From: Candidatus Poribacteria bacterium
GTDB lineage: Bacteria; Poribacteria; WGA-4E; WGA-3G
DNA length: 64,000 nt
NCBI GenBank assembly: GCA_022820835.1
Contig: JAJEET010000128.1
Coordinates: forward strand, 10,744-74,743
Reading direction: 5' to 3'
Shown here: one piece after another, positions 39,377 to 48,107 of the stretch
Layout: the number at the start of each line of letters is the position of its first letter
Position numbering within the stretch: position 1 is the first letter of the stretch
The notes under the pieces: model-generated
What the model was told of the DNA's origin: nothing
What the model saw: only the letters and a program-made list of their open reading frames with translations
Database searches by the model: none
Program-made: the position numbers and the translations under genes

Positions 39377-40681
39377 TTAATCAAATTCACCGCCGCATTT
39401 CCTGCATAAAATATAAAACTGAATATCATCGGATTGCGCATGTTGTATAATGAGATCAACTGCCTGTTGAGGAAGGTCTGCCGCACATTTAGGACATTTG
39501 TAGAGTGAGCCTTCCATTTCGGGAAATTTGGTAACATCCCCCCACATATCTTGTATCCAATATTTGAATTCCCACGGTATCTCAGTCTCCACTTCAGTAG
39601 CAATCTGAACGGCATGTCGGATCAGTTTTCGGCATTCGTTGATTGAAACAGGTTCATAGAGGTGTGGCGAATACTTAAGAGGTAGAGGTACCCCCTCTGT
39701 CTCATTTTGCACATTGAAATCGCGAGCACGTGTAAGCAGTACCTGATCCAAACGTGATCCGGATTCTCTTGCCTTAGTCCAGAGACGGTAATAGCCGGTT
39801 CGTTTGATGTGAAAAAAGGCGGGGCGATTTTTGGGTTTGTTACTTTCAGTATCGCTTGGTGCGGTATCCCAGAGCCAACGTCCCCATTTGGTATTATCAT
39901 TGGGTTCCGACCAAATTTTTATTGCCCCGGGACCGCCTTCTCTGTCCCACGGATGTGGGGTTGCGTCATCGACTCCGATCCAATAGGAATCTTTTCCTCT
40001 TTCAAAGAAAACACGAGCCCATAGGTACCATTTCCCTGTTTTAGGGATATAGATTTCATGTATGGCGCGCGCGCCTCTGACGCCTTCAACGGCTTTGCCG
40101 CGAGAAGCCTCTTCGTGGTCAACGATATTCACACCTTCATCAAGATGAATGGCGTTATCGGCTTCAATAACAAGCGTATCTTTCGGAATCCGAACGACTT
40201 GCTTAGGTTCATCTGGATCGTGTAGTTCAACAGGTTCACTGAGGTTATAGCTCCTCGCTATCCTTTGTGAAACTTTCTCAAACTCTTTTTCAGATAGGTT
40301 AGCGTCAAAGAAACAGTCTCGGATGCCTTTCTTCCACATGTCGAGTAATAGGAACATTGCTTTCAGATTGCCATCTGGTCGTTTTCGAGTGCCAACGACA
40401 ATTAGCATTCCAGTATCTTTGGAACGACTGATTAGGCATCGATGGATTGGAAAATCTGAAGCCGATTTCCTGCGAACTCTACTCGATACAACGAGTGGGG
40501 CGTAGTAGCGACATCTCGCATCACAACCGGGAATCTTTGCGCGTTTTGCCCTACAGCATTCCGGACAGATTAGGATACCGTTGAGAGCCGGACAGCTACG
40601 TTTCCCGTTATTAGAACGGCAAGTCCGACAACGTTGGCTTGTGCGCCGTTTCGCTGATGTATGTCGTCTCTCACGTCGCAT
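39377..40681 (-). CDS. Cytoplasmic Cys-rich/zinc-ribbon protein with an internal jelly-roll (CBM-like) insert; unknown function
   Basis: GGAG RBS. A basic N-terminus carries CRTC..C....CPECC....C...C, and the C-terminus carries CPKC....CRKC. The middle part (ASRGKAV..IPKTGKWYLWARVFFERGKDSYWIGVDD..WGRWLWD..GYYRLWTKARESGSRLDQVLL) looks like a carbohydrate-binding-module type beta-sandwich. Confidence 0.7.
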   Translation of the reverse strand: MRRERRHTSAKRRTSQRCRTCRSNNGKRSCPALNGILICPECCRAKRAKIPGCDARCRYYAPLVVSSRVRRKSASDFPIHRCLISRSKDTGMLIVVGTRKRPDGNLKAMFLLLDMWKKGIRDCFFDANLSEKEFEKVSQRIARSYNLSEPVELHDPDEPKQVVRIPKDTLVIEADNAIHLDEGVNIVDHEEASRGKAVEGVRGARAIHEIYIPKTGKWYLWARVFFERGKDSYWIGVDDATPHPWDREGGPGAIKIWSEPNDNTKWGRWLWDTAPSDTESNKPKNRPAFFHIKRTGYYRLWTKARESGSRLDQVLLTRARDFNVQNETEGVPLPLKYSPHLYEPVSINECRKLIRHAVQIATEVETEIPWEFKYWIQDMWGDVTKFPEMEGSLYKCPKCAADLPQQAVDLIIQHAQSDDIQFYILCRKCGGEFD

Positions 40682-40752
40682 GTTTTCTCCTACATAGCGC
40701 AGTGCTGCCGCATAAACTGTAAAGCGTTCACATCTTTGGCAAATCCAAAAGG

Positions 40753-43053
40753 TTAACTGGGACGATTAACAAGGTCTGCTAAGTATTCAGCGATTTTGTC
40801 TGTAATCTGTTCTGCATCTACATCGGCGAAGTTGAAAAGTTCCTTAAGCATTGGAGAAATGGCACCGGTATCAAGTAGAGCGTTTGCGAGTCTCCCCATA
40901 CTGCTTCGGTTGAGACCCCCTTGTCCGTCGTTGTTCCCCATATCCAAAATTTTGATGCTATCAATCTTCTCAACAGGTCGCATCAACTGTTCAGCGATAT
41001 CTGGGAATTCATTAATCAGTTCCATAACTGCTTCTTGGACGAGGACTCGTTGTTCAGCGACATTGCGGGCTTCGTATTCAGCCATCTCACCTTGTGCTTT
41101 CGCGCGTGCTTCAGCAAGAATTGCATCAGCGAGACGTTCAATCGGTTGTGCTTGTGCTTCGGCACTGATGACTGCTACTTCACGCTGCCACTCGGCTTCC
41201 ATCACCTGTTCTGTGGCAGTCACATTGACTTCTGCGCCCATCCGTTCGGCTTCCGCGACTAATTGCTCTTTCTCAGCAAGTGCGGTAACCTGTTGTTTAT
41301 TAGCGACTTCGATCTTCCGGTCTTCATCCGTTAGGGCAACACGCAATTCCTGTCCGATGCGTGATTGCTCGACCGACAACATTTTAGCGATTTCAGCAAG
41401 TTCTACGAGCCTCATCTGATCAATTTGAGCGGTTTCGACGACGAGGTTCTTCTCAATCTCACGTTCTTGAACCTGTTGTTCTTGTGCCAACTTTTCTGTC
41501 TGTACCAACAGTTCACGTTCAATGTCTCGCAAAGACACACCCTCTTCTTGTGCGATCTGTGCCTTCTCTACCATGAGCTGCTTTTCTATCTCACGCGTCT
41601 CTACCTGCTGTTCTTGTCCTACACGTGCGAGTTCTACGGTCAACATTTTAGCGATTTCAGCGAGTTCTACCTGCCGAAGTTGACCAATCTGAGCGGTTTC
41701 GACGACGAGGTTCTTCTCAATCTCACGTTCTTGAACCTGCTGTTCTTGTGCGAACTTTTCCGTCTGTACCAACAGTTCACGTTCAATGTCCCGCAAAGAC
41801 ACACCCTCTTCTTGTGCGATCTGTGCCTTCTCTACCATGAGCTGCTTTTCTATGTCCCGAACAGCGATCGCCTGTTCCTGTTCGATCTTCTGAAGTTGAA
41901 CAACGAGGAACTGCTCAATTTCAGCGAGTTGGACGACCTTGGACTGTTCGATCTGTTGCGTTTCAACGATTAGGTTTTTCTCGATTTCACGTTCTTGTAC
42001 GACCTGTTCCTGCTGGACGCGAGCGACTTCAACATCGCGGACCATCTCGATTTCACGTTCCTGTACGACCTGCTCCTGTGCGATACGGGCGCGCTCGACT
42101 TCCTGTTTCATCTCGTATTCGCGCTCTTGCACACTCTGTTCCATCTCAAATTGGAATTTGAGGGTTTCCGCTTCTCGTTCAGCGGCATAGATTGCGATAT
42201 TTTTCTGCTGGTCGGATTCTGCCCACGCCTGCTCCTGTTCAGCTGCGAGTTTCTCAATACGAGCATCAACTTCAATCTGAACGATTGCGACTTCTTTCTG
42301 CTGTACGATGCTCACTTTTTCGCGCTCTTGATCAGCAGTGATTTCAGTAATTTCTCGAATACCGACAGCATCAAATCGGTTTTCTGCATCAAGTGTTTCA
42401 ACGGGTGTTTGGTCTACTCGTATAATAGAGACGGTTTCAAGTGTTAATCCGTTTTGTATTTGTAAATCTTCACCACACGCCTCTTGGACCTTATCTGCGA
42501 ATTCTTGACGTTTCTGTAGGAGGTCTTGGATATCACTTTCGGCAGCGACACTTCGCAACGCGCCTTCAAGTTTAGGTTCAATGAGTTCCCGTACAGTCTC
42601 GGGTGTCATGGATTTGTCACCGAGTGCTTGTGCAGCCCGTAGGACATCATCTTCATCAGGTTCAACTTTAAGATAGAAGACGACTTCAACATCAGCGCGG
42701 TTAAAGTCGAAAGTAATTAAAGCCTCTTGTCCTTCTCGGATGGCCTCAATCCGCATCGTGTTGAGAGAGATTTCTTTGATCTCATGGATAATGGTGTTAA
42801 CCCAGAGTCCTTTAGTGATATTAATTTTTTCTTTTGAACCACCTGTTCGGACGAGTGCGACATCGGCTTTCGGTATCCTGTAGCGGATGATTGCGACACA
42901 AGTAGCCACTAAAAAAGCGAGTAGGACGACGAGAAACCCTATTAACCATCTCATCACCCCAGTCTGTCCAAAACCGTCAAGATTTTGGTAGACGAACCAG
43001 CCGACGGCGACTGCTACAACAATTAAAAAAACGATAACAGCAATGAAACGCAT
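40753..43053 (-). CDS. Flotillin-family SPFH/band-7 membrane protein with an expanded coiled-coil repeat region
   Basis: Two N-terminal TM helices and an SPFH core (VALVRTGG..ISLNTMRIE..EALITFDFNRADVEVVFYLKV..LRSVAAESDIQDLLQKRQEF). These are followed by ~12 tandem 22-aa repeats. GGAG RBS. Confidence 0.85.
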   Translation of the reverse strand: MRFIAVIVFLIVVAVAVGWFVYQNLDGFGQTGVMRWLIGFLVVLLAFLVATCVAIIRYRIPKADVALVRTGGSKEKINITKGLWVNTIIHEIKEISLNTMRIEAIREGQEALITFDFNRADVEVVFYLKVEPDEDDVLRAAQALGDKSMTPETVRELIEPKLEGALRSVAAESDIQDLLQKRQEFADKVQEACGEDLQIQNGLTLETVSIIRVDQTPVETLDAENRFDAVGIREITEITADQEREKVSIVQQKEVAIVQIEVDARIEKLAAEQEQAWAESDQQKNIAIYAAEREAETLKFQFEMEQSVQEREYEMKQEVERARIAQEQVVQEREIEMVRDVEVARVQQEQVVQEREIEKNLIVETQQIEQSKVVQLAEIEQFLVVQLQKIEQEQAIAVRDIEKQLMVEKAQIAQEEGVSLRDIERELLVQTEKFAQEQQVQEREIEKNLVVETAQIGQLRQVELAEIAKMLTVELARVGQEQQVETREIEKQLMVEKAQIAQEEGVSLRDIERELLVQTEKLAQEQQVQEREIEKNLVVETAQIDQMRLVELAEIAKMLSVEQSRIGQELRVALTDEDRKIEVANKQQVTALAEKEQLVAEAERMGAEVNVTATEQVMEAEWQREVAVISAEAQAQPIERLADAILAEARAKAQGEMAEYEARNVAEQRVLVQEAVMELINEFPDIAEQLMRPVEKIDSIKILDMGNNDGQGGLNRSSMGRLANALLDTGAISPMLKELFNFADVDAEQITDKIAEYLADLVNRPS
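41350..41877. repeat. Near-identical 2 x 264-bp tandem duplication inside the flotillin gene
   Basis: The DNA around 41378-41641 recurs at 41641-41860 with few mismatches. It encodes two 88-aa blocks (4 x 22 aa each) that differ at only a handful of residues. Confidence 0.85.
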
Positions 43054-43118
43054 TCAATTCTCCTATAAGCAATAATCTGGTGGCACGGAGGTATGTATTT
43101 GATGTCCCCTAAAGTTTT

Positions 43119-44534
43119 TTATCGGAAGATTTCTCCATCGCTCAGGTGCGTCCGATATCGTCCCTTGAGCGGTTGACGTGGAGAAGTCTGCCATGCGAGG
43201 TTAGCCAAGTAACAGAGGGCATTCTCAATGAGCGGTTTCGCTATCGAGGTACGATGCGGGTCCCGGGTATCAACAGCAAAAGCGACATAATAACCTTCAC
43301 CCCATTGGAGTTGTACACTGACAGCATCGCCGTTATCCTCTCTGACAGCCAATTTTCGGTAGCTTCGATCGTCTGTAACCCAGTGATCGTCGGTTATCAA
43401 AGAATCTACGTTAATTTTGTGGGGCCAGGTAAACATTCCTGTTTTTTGTCCATCGTCAGTGACAGTGACATTTCCATCCTCGGAATTAATCACACGAATT
43501 GGATGTCTATCAACCGGCAGCCAATCCCCGCGCCACTGCGGCTCAGAATTATGCACACCATCAGGTGGTACGATATTGTTGTCCATAGCAGAAGCCCAGA
43601 CGATTCCACCTTTTCGGACAAATTCTTGAACCGCTTGGTCGGCATCTTCTATGAAGTACTCGCCGTCATGACCGGGCGCGTTCCATGTGAACCAGATGAT
43701 GTCGTAGTTTGAGAGTGCGATGCTCGAGAGTTTGACTGCATTGTTAGGGTCCCCGCGATTTTCAGGGTTGTCATTGACATGTACAGTGGTAAATTGGAAT
43801 TCCAAGCCTTCAAGTGTTGTCAATGACTCCAACACTGCCGGTTCATGTGTCATATTGTCCCCGATAACAATCAAAACCCGGAATACACCTAACGGTACAA
43901 TCTTTATAGAAGATATAATATCCGAAAAGGATTGTGAGTGTGGCAGCGATCTGAGATTCCGAAGACCCAACTGAAATTCGCGCGAGTTCAAGCTTAAATT
44001 TAGCCGTCGCCCTTCAAAATTAACGTGTTCATAAAAGATGACGTAGCACCCACTGAACGGGAAACTCGGACCGCGTTGGATGCGAATTGACGAAATTGTG
44101 TCATTCATGCCGATCTCGAAAACTGAGCTGACATCCCGCATAATGACACTCCGTTGTCCACTAAAATCTACGTCTCGAAACACTTCAATGATAACCGGTA
44201 CGGCACCGTACTCTGGTGGAGTTGGGTGTGCTGATGGACTAAAGCTGATCGCGGTAATTGCATCCCCGAAGTTATAGGGAATGTCATGAATATTCGGATA
44301 GAACCCAGGAGCAAGGACCAACCGCCGTCCTCTATAGTTCTCATGCTCATGAAAAATAGCCTTGTAGTTTGGCGACGCGTTGAATCCTGGACCTTTGTAA
44401 ATTTTGATCGAAGATATAATATCCTGTGCTCCGATGTCTGAGGTGTTCGGCACCGATTCGATCAATGTCAACTTACGTCCACGAAAATTCACATGTTCAA
44501 AGACTTCAACGACGAGCCTCGGCATTTTCGTCAT
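43119..44534 (-). CDS. Four beta-gamma-crystallin Greek-key motifs fused to a GATase1/ThuA-like domain; unknown function
   Basis: ATG 44534 lies 6 nt after AAGGAG. The four motifs are VEVFEHVNFRGR..DIISSIKI, FHEHENYRGR..DAITAISF, IEVFRDVDFSGQ..NDTISSIRI and IFYEHVNFEGR..SDIISSIKI. The C-terminal half (YDIIWFTWNAPG..FVRKGGIVWASAMD) resembles a class-I glutamine-amidotransferase-like fold. No signal peptide. Confidence 0.75.
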   Translation of the reverse strand: MTKMPRLVVEVFEHVNFRGRKLTLIESVPNTSDIGAQDIISSIKIYKGPGFNASPNYKAIFHEHENYRGRRLVLAPGFYPNIHDIPYNFGDAITAISFSPSAHPTPPEYGAVPVIIEVFRDVDFSGQRSVIMRDVSSVFEIGMNDTISSIRIQRGPSFPFSGCYVIFYEHVNFEGRRLNLSLNSREFQLGLRNLRSLPHSQSFSDIISSIKIVPLGVFRVLIVIGDNMTHEPAVLESLTTLEGLEFQFTTVHVNDNPENRGDPNNAVKLSSIALSNYDIIWFTWNAPGHDGEYFIEDADQAVQEFVRKGGIVWASAMDNNIVPPDGVHNSEPQWRGDWLPVDRHPIRVINSEDGNVTVTDDGQKTGMFTWPHKINVDSLITDDHWVTDDRSYRKLAVREDNGDAVSVQLQWGEGYYVAFAVDTRDPHRTSIAKPLIENALCYLANLAWQTSPRQPLKGRYRTHLSDGEIFR

Positions 44535-44588
44535 ATACCGCTCCTTGTTCTCAGGCATAATCCCTATACAGAAATTGCAAGTTAAAAT

Positions 44589-44618
44589 ATAATAGCATCA
44601 GCAGGGACGGTTTGTCAA
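44589..44618 (-). promoter_or_regulatory. Sigma70-like promoter upstream of the crystallin-flotillin cluster
   Basis: On the minus strand: TTGACA (44613-44618), 18 nt, TATTAT (44589-44594), about 50 nt upstream of ATG 44534. Confidence 0.5.
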
Positions 44619-44851
44619 GGAAAACATAAAGAATTTTCTGTGTGAATTTTTCTACCAAGCAATCATTGCACATTAATTAGTAGTCAATATGCTACTGAAC
44701 CTGCTAAATAAACCCTCATTCATGAGACTTTGAAACGCGCCGATGTATTTTAAAAATAAGATGGCAATGAATTGCCGACGATGAATCTATTTTTTGCTAA
44801 CGAGAAACTGGCGTTCAGAAAAGGTATGATATTGAGCGGTTTCGTTTTTTC

Positions 44852-44880
44852 TTGATTCACTCAAGCAAATATGATAAAGT
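44852..44880 (+). promoter_or_regulatory. Sigma70-like promoter for the 44920 gene
   Basis: TTGATT, 17 nt, TAAAGT, about 40 nt upstream of ATG 44920. Confidence 0.35.
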
Positions 44881-44919
44881 ACAGATAGTATTTTCTCATA
44901 CAAGGCTTTAGGATAAAAT

Positions 44920-45804
44920 ATGGTGAACCTGATGTCCTACAGAAAAGTGCTTTTCGTCTTTCTAATCATCGGATTCAGCGTGATTCTGGTTTATTCTTTG
45001 GTACGGATGGAGCAGTCTGAAACGCAGCAGACAGTGGGATCTCGCCCGATCGATCTACCTTATAATTGGATTGGGGATATAACAAAAAAACATATCGCGG
45101 AACCCTCCGGCATTACATATCACCCTACCCGAAAGAGCCTCTTTATTGCAGATGATTCAGGTCTCGTCTATGAAATCAACCCAGATGGCATTCATATCCA
45201 AACTAATGGCGTAAATGAACTCGACCTCGAAGGAATTACAGTGGATCCGACGACCGGTTTATTGTATGCCGCGGTTGAAGACGATGAAGCGATCATCGAA
45301 ATTGAGCCGGAAACCCTTACTATTCAAAGAGAATTCAGGATCATCAGAGAATTTAAAGGGGAACCACTTCTGAAGAAAGGGGGTATGGGGATTGAAGCAA
45401 TCGTTTTTGTGCCAGATACATCACACCCCGAAGGCGGTACGTTTTGGATCGGAAACCAATCCTTCAGCCTTAAAGAAAAAGATGAACCCTCAGTTGTATG
45501 TGAAGTCGTTGTGCCGCTGCGTAGTTCCACAGCTCAGAAGGCACAAGGCACTATTATTAACGCTTACAAAATGAATTTCATCGATATTTCAGGACTTGCC
45601 TATGACACGCGAGACGGTATCTTGATTATAATCAGTGATACAACAAACCTATTCGTTGAGATGAATCGGCAAGGTACCATTTTAAGAAAGTACCTCTTGC
45701 CCGGTGACGAGCAAGAGGGTGTCGCATTAGACGGACTCGGCTATATGTATGTTGCGCAAGAGAACGGAGAAATCATTAAATTAGGAGATCGTAGACTCCG
45801 TTAG
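44920..45804 (+). CDS. Membrane-anchored SdiA-regulated-family (beta-propeller) protein
   Basis: N-terminal TM helix. Repeated EPSGITYHP..LFIADD, DLEGITVDP and GMGIEAIVF blades resemble the SdiA-regulated domain family (call from memory). Confidence 0.55.
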   Translation: MVNLMSYRKVLFVFLIIGFSVILVYSLVRMEQSETQQTVGSRPIDLPYNWIGDITKKHIAEPSGITYHPTRKSLFIADDSGLVYEINPDGIHIQTNGVNELDLEGITVDPTTGLLYAAVEDDEAIIEIEPETLTIQREFRIIREFKGEPLLKKGGMGIEAIVFVPDTSHPEGGTFWIGNQSFSLKEKDEPSVVCEVVVPLRSSTAQKAQGTIINAYKMNFIDISGLAYDTRDGILIIISDTTNLFVEMNRQGTILRKYLLPGDEQEGVALDGLGYMYVAQENGEIIKLGDRRLR

Positions 45805-45851
45805 AAACGCTGCGATTTCCATTGATGTCGATCACCATCAAGATGGCATTT

Positions 45852-46109
45852 CTATACGTCCGTTCGCTGCTGATGCTCGGTTGTATCTTCAAGCCGTAAC
45901 ACCGCAATCCCCGGTATCATATCTAATATAAGGCTAACGGAGGCGTACTGTTCTGCTGTATAACCGCGATCTATTCGCCACAACACTTGTACGTTTCCCT
46001 CATCGTATAGGATCCCGTTTGCGAGTTCCTTTCCATCAGCGTCTTCTAAATGAAAAAGTCTACGGCGTTTCGTATCCACGGTTTCCGCCCTCAAATAGAA
46101 ATGTAGCAT
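45852..46109 (-). CDS. Hypothetical small protein (weak call)
   Basis: 85-aa ATG-initiated ORF directly downstream of the mqnD-like gene. No obvious RBS and no family recognised. Confidence 0.35.
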   Translation of the reverse strand: MLHFYLRAETVDTKRRRLFHLEDADGKELANGILYDEGNVQVLWRIDRGYTAEQYASVSLILDMIPGIAVLRLEDTTEHQQRTDV

Positions 46110-46137
46110 ATTGGTTGATCAGAACAGAATTAGCAGA

Positions 46138-46977
46138 CTATTCGAGTTTAACGAAATCAGCATCTACAGGGTGTGGAATTATGCCTGCCTCGTTGCCACG
46201 ACGGAGCAATTCTCGGACCCCTGCTCTCCCTTTATCGCCATAATCGAGCGTATAGTCATTGACGTACATTCCGACGAATTTGTCGGCGAGTGCGGTTTCC
46301 ATGTCGCGTGCGTATGTCATCGCATATTCCAATCCTCGTGAACGATGGTCGAGCGAATATTGAATGCTCTGTTTCAGGAGCGTGGTTATCTTACGTATTT
46401 TCTCGGTGCCGAGATCGCGGCGGATGACATTGGCTCCGAGTGGCAGTGGCAGTTGAGTCTCTTCGTACCACCATTCACCTAAGTCGATGACTTTGTGAAG
46501 TCCTTCGCGTGCGTAGGTTAACTGCCCTTCGTGAATAATGAGTCCGGCGTCCACTTCGTCTTGTTGGACTGCGTCCAATATTTTGTCAAAGGGGCGTGTT
46601 TCAGCCTCAAAATTCGGTTGAAAGAGACTGAGTGTAAGATATGCAGTTGTCATTTTGCCGGGGATAGCAATTCGCTTACCTTCAAGGTTCTCGATCGGTG
46701 CTTTCGAGACGACAAGCGGTCCATATCGATCCCCGATACTTGCGCCACAAGGCATGAACGCGTAATCTTTCGCGACATACGCGTAAGCGTGAACCGAGAT
46801 TGCCGTAACCTCCAATTCTGCAGCGAGCGCTCGTTGATTTAAAGTCTCAATATCTTCAATCACATGAACGATTTCAAACGGATCTGTCGGTATTAATCCT
46901 TTCGCGAGCGCGTAGAACATAAACGCGTCATCGGAATCCGGACTGTGTCCAATCCGTATTTTTTCTATCTGTGCCAT
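46138..46977 (-). CDS. mqnD: MqnA/MqnD-family protein, most like 1,4-dihydroxy-6-naphthoate synthase (futalosine pathway)
   Basis: Collinear with Thermus MqnD as I recall it: RIGHSPDSDDAFMFYAL, ETLN..AL, GPLVV, TTAYL.LSL, DAGLIIHEGQLTY, DLGEWW..T.LPLPLG. Confidence 0.65.
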   Translation of the reverse strand: MAQIEKIRIGHSPDSDDAFMFYALAKGLIPTDPFEIVHVIEDIETLNQRALAAELEVTAISVHAYAYVAKDYAFMPCGASIGDRYGPLVVSKAPIENLEGKRIAIPGKMTTAYLTLSLFQPNFEAETRPFDKILDAVQQDEVDAGLIIHEGQLTYAREGLHKVIDLGEWWYEETQLPLPLGANVIRRDLGTEKIRKITTLLKQSIQYSLDHRSRGLEYAMTYARDMETALADKFVGMYVNDYTLDYGDKGRAGVRELLRRGNEAGIIPHPVDADFVKLE

Positions 46978-47086
46978 AACATTCCTTTTTCGTATCTGAT
47001 TGCAGTTCTTGTCTTGATAGTGTTATAATGAATTATTTGAACGGGTTTTGACTCAATTTAGATTGGTATTGGAGTAACATCGATTA

Positions 47087-48031
47087 ATGGCATTGCAAGC
47101 AAATCCTACATACTTTTATCTCGCAGCGATTCCAGATCGTCTCACTGAGTTGGTCACTGCCGAGTGTATAAAGTTGACAGGATCTACCCTGAATATGCAC
47201 GGGATCACGATTTCAGAAGAGTGTGTTGATGTGCGCCGGAGCGCGTATCTGAAGAGCTGCAGTGAACTCCTTTTTGAGGCATCAAGTCTGAGCGAACTTT
47301 GTGCGGAGATCCGTTCCACTGGTTTGCATGCTGACGAATTTCGGGTGTCTGTTGTGAAAAAGCCGCGCGGTTTAAAGGTCAATTCTATGGAACTCGCACG
47401 GGATATCGGCAGTGCTATCGGTGGTAGTGCGAATCTCAGCCAACCACAAGTTACCTTTTTAGCGGTTGTAACAGCCGAACAGATATGGTTTGGACGGTGT
47501 CTCTCTAAATCTGACAACGCGTGGCTCGCCCACGACCAGAGACCGTACGTGACCTCAAGTTCGTTACCGTCACGATTGGCGCGTGTGCTGGTCAATCTAA
47601 TGGCGCGTCCGGGTGATCTCCTCCTTGATCCATGCTGTGGAACCGGGACAATAGTGATGTCGGCTGCCCATAGCGGTATCCGAGCGGTCGGCTACGACAA
47701 CAACCCGCGGATGGTAGGCGCGACAACGAAAAATCTTCAGCATTTTGGACTCACAGCAGATGTCGTGTTAGGTGATGCGAGACAGATTAGTGGACAGTTT
47801 GACGCAGTTGCCACAGACCTGCCTTACGGTATCAACCTTAACAAGGATAAATTACAAGACTTGGAGATTTTGGCGAATTTACGGGCGTGTGCGCCAAAAG
47901 CAGCATTCATAGACCTTCGCGATCTCACGAAACCGTTAACTGACTTGGGTTACCAGATAGAATCTGTCATTCCAGTACCGAAACTGAGCATTGTTAGGCG
48001 CATTTTCATCACTTCTGTATTAGAAGCGTAG
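47087..48031 (+). CDS. THUMP-like N-terminal domain plus a SAM-dependent (N6-adenine/N2-guanine type) RNA methyltransferase
   Basis: LLDPCCGTGTIVMSAA is SAM motif I and VATDLPYG is the (D/N)PPY-like catalytic motif. The architecture resembles Trm11/RlmL-type enzymes. Confidence 0.65.
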   Translation: MALQANPTYFYLAAIPDRLTELVTAECIKLTGSTLNMHGITISEECVDVRRSAYLKSCSELLFEASSLSELCAEIRSTGLHADEFRVSVVKKPRGLKVNSMELARDIGSAIGGSANLSQPQVTFLAVVTAEQIWFGRCLSKSDNAWLAHDQRPYVTSSSLPSRLARVLVNLMARPGDLLLDPCCGTGTIVMSAAHSGIRAVGYDNNPRMVGATTKNLQHFGLTADVVLGDARQISGQFDAVATDLPYGINLNKDKLQDLEILANLRACAPKAAFIDLRDLTKPLTDLGYQIESVIPVPKLSIVRRIFITSVLEA

Positions 48032-48107
48032 CGTTCAAGGGTTATTGTCAAAAATCCATCAATTAGAGGTTACAACCCCCGCCTGCAAAGGATATTGCAA
48101 AATTGTA

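Noticed and set aside
40796-42447. Several long plus-strand ORFs (207, 113, 202, 83 and 150 aa) antisense to the flotillin gene.
   Set aside because: They are low-complexity Leu/Phe/Ser-rich translations of the reverse complement of a Glu/Gln/Ile-rich coiled-coil repeat. They have no RBS, and the minus-strand gene has a clear family match.
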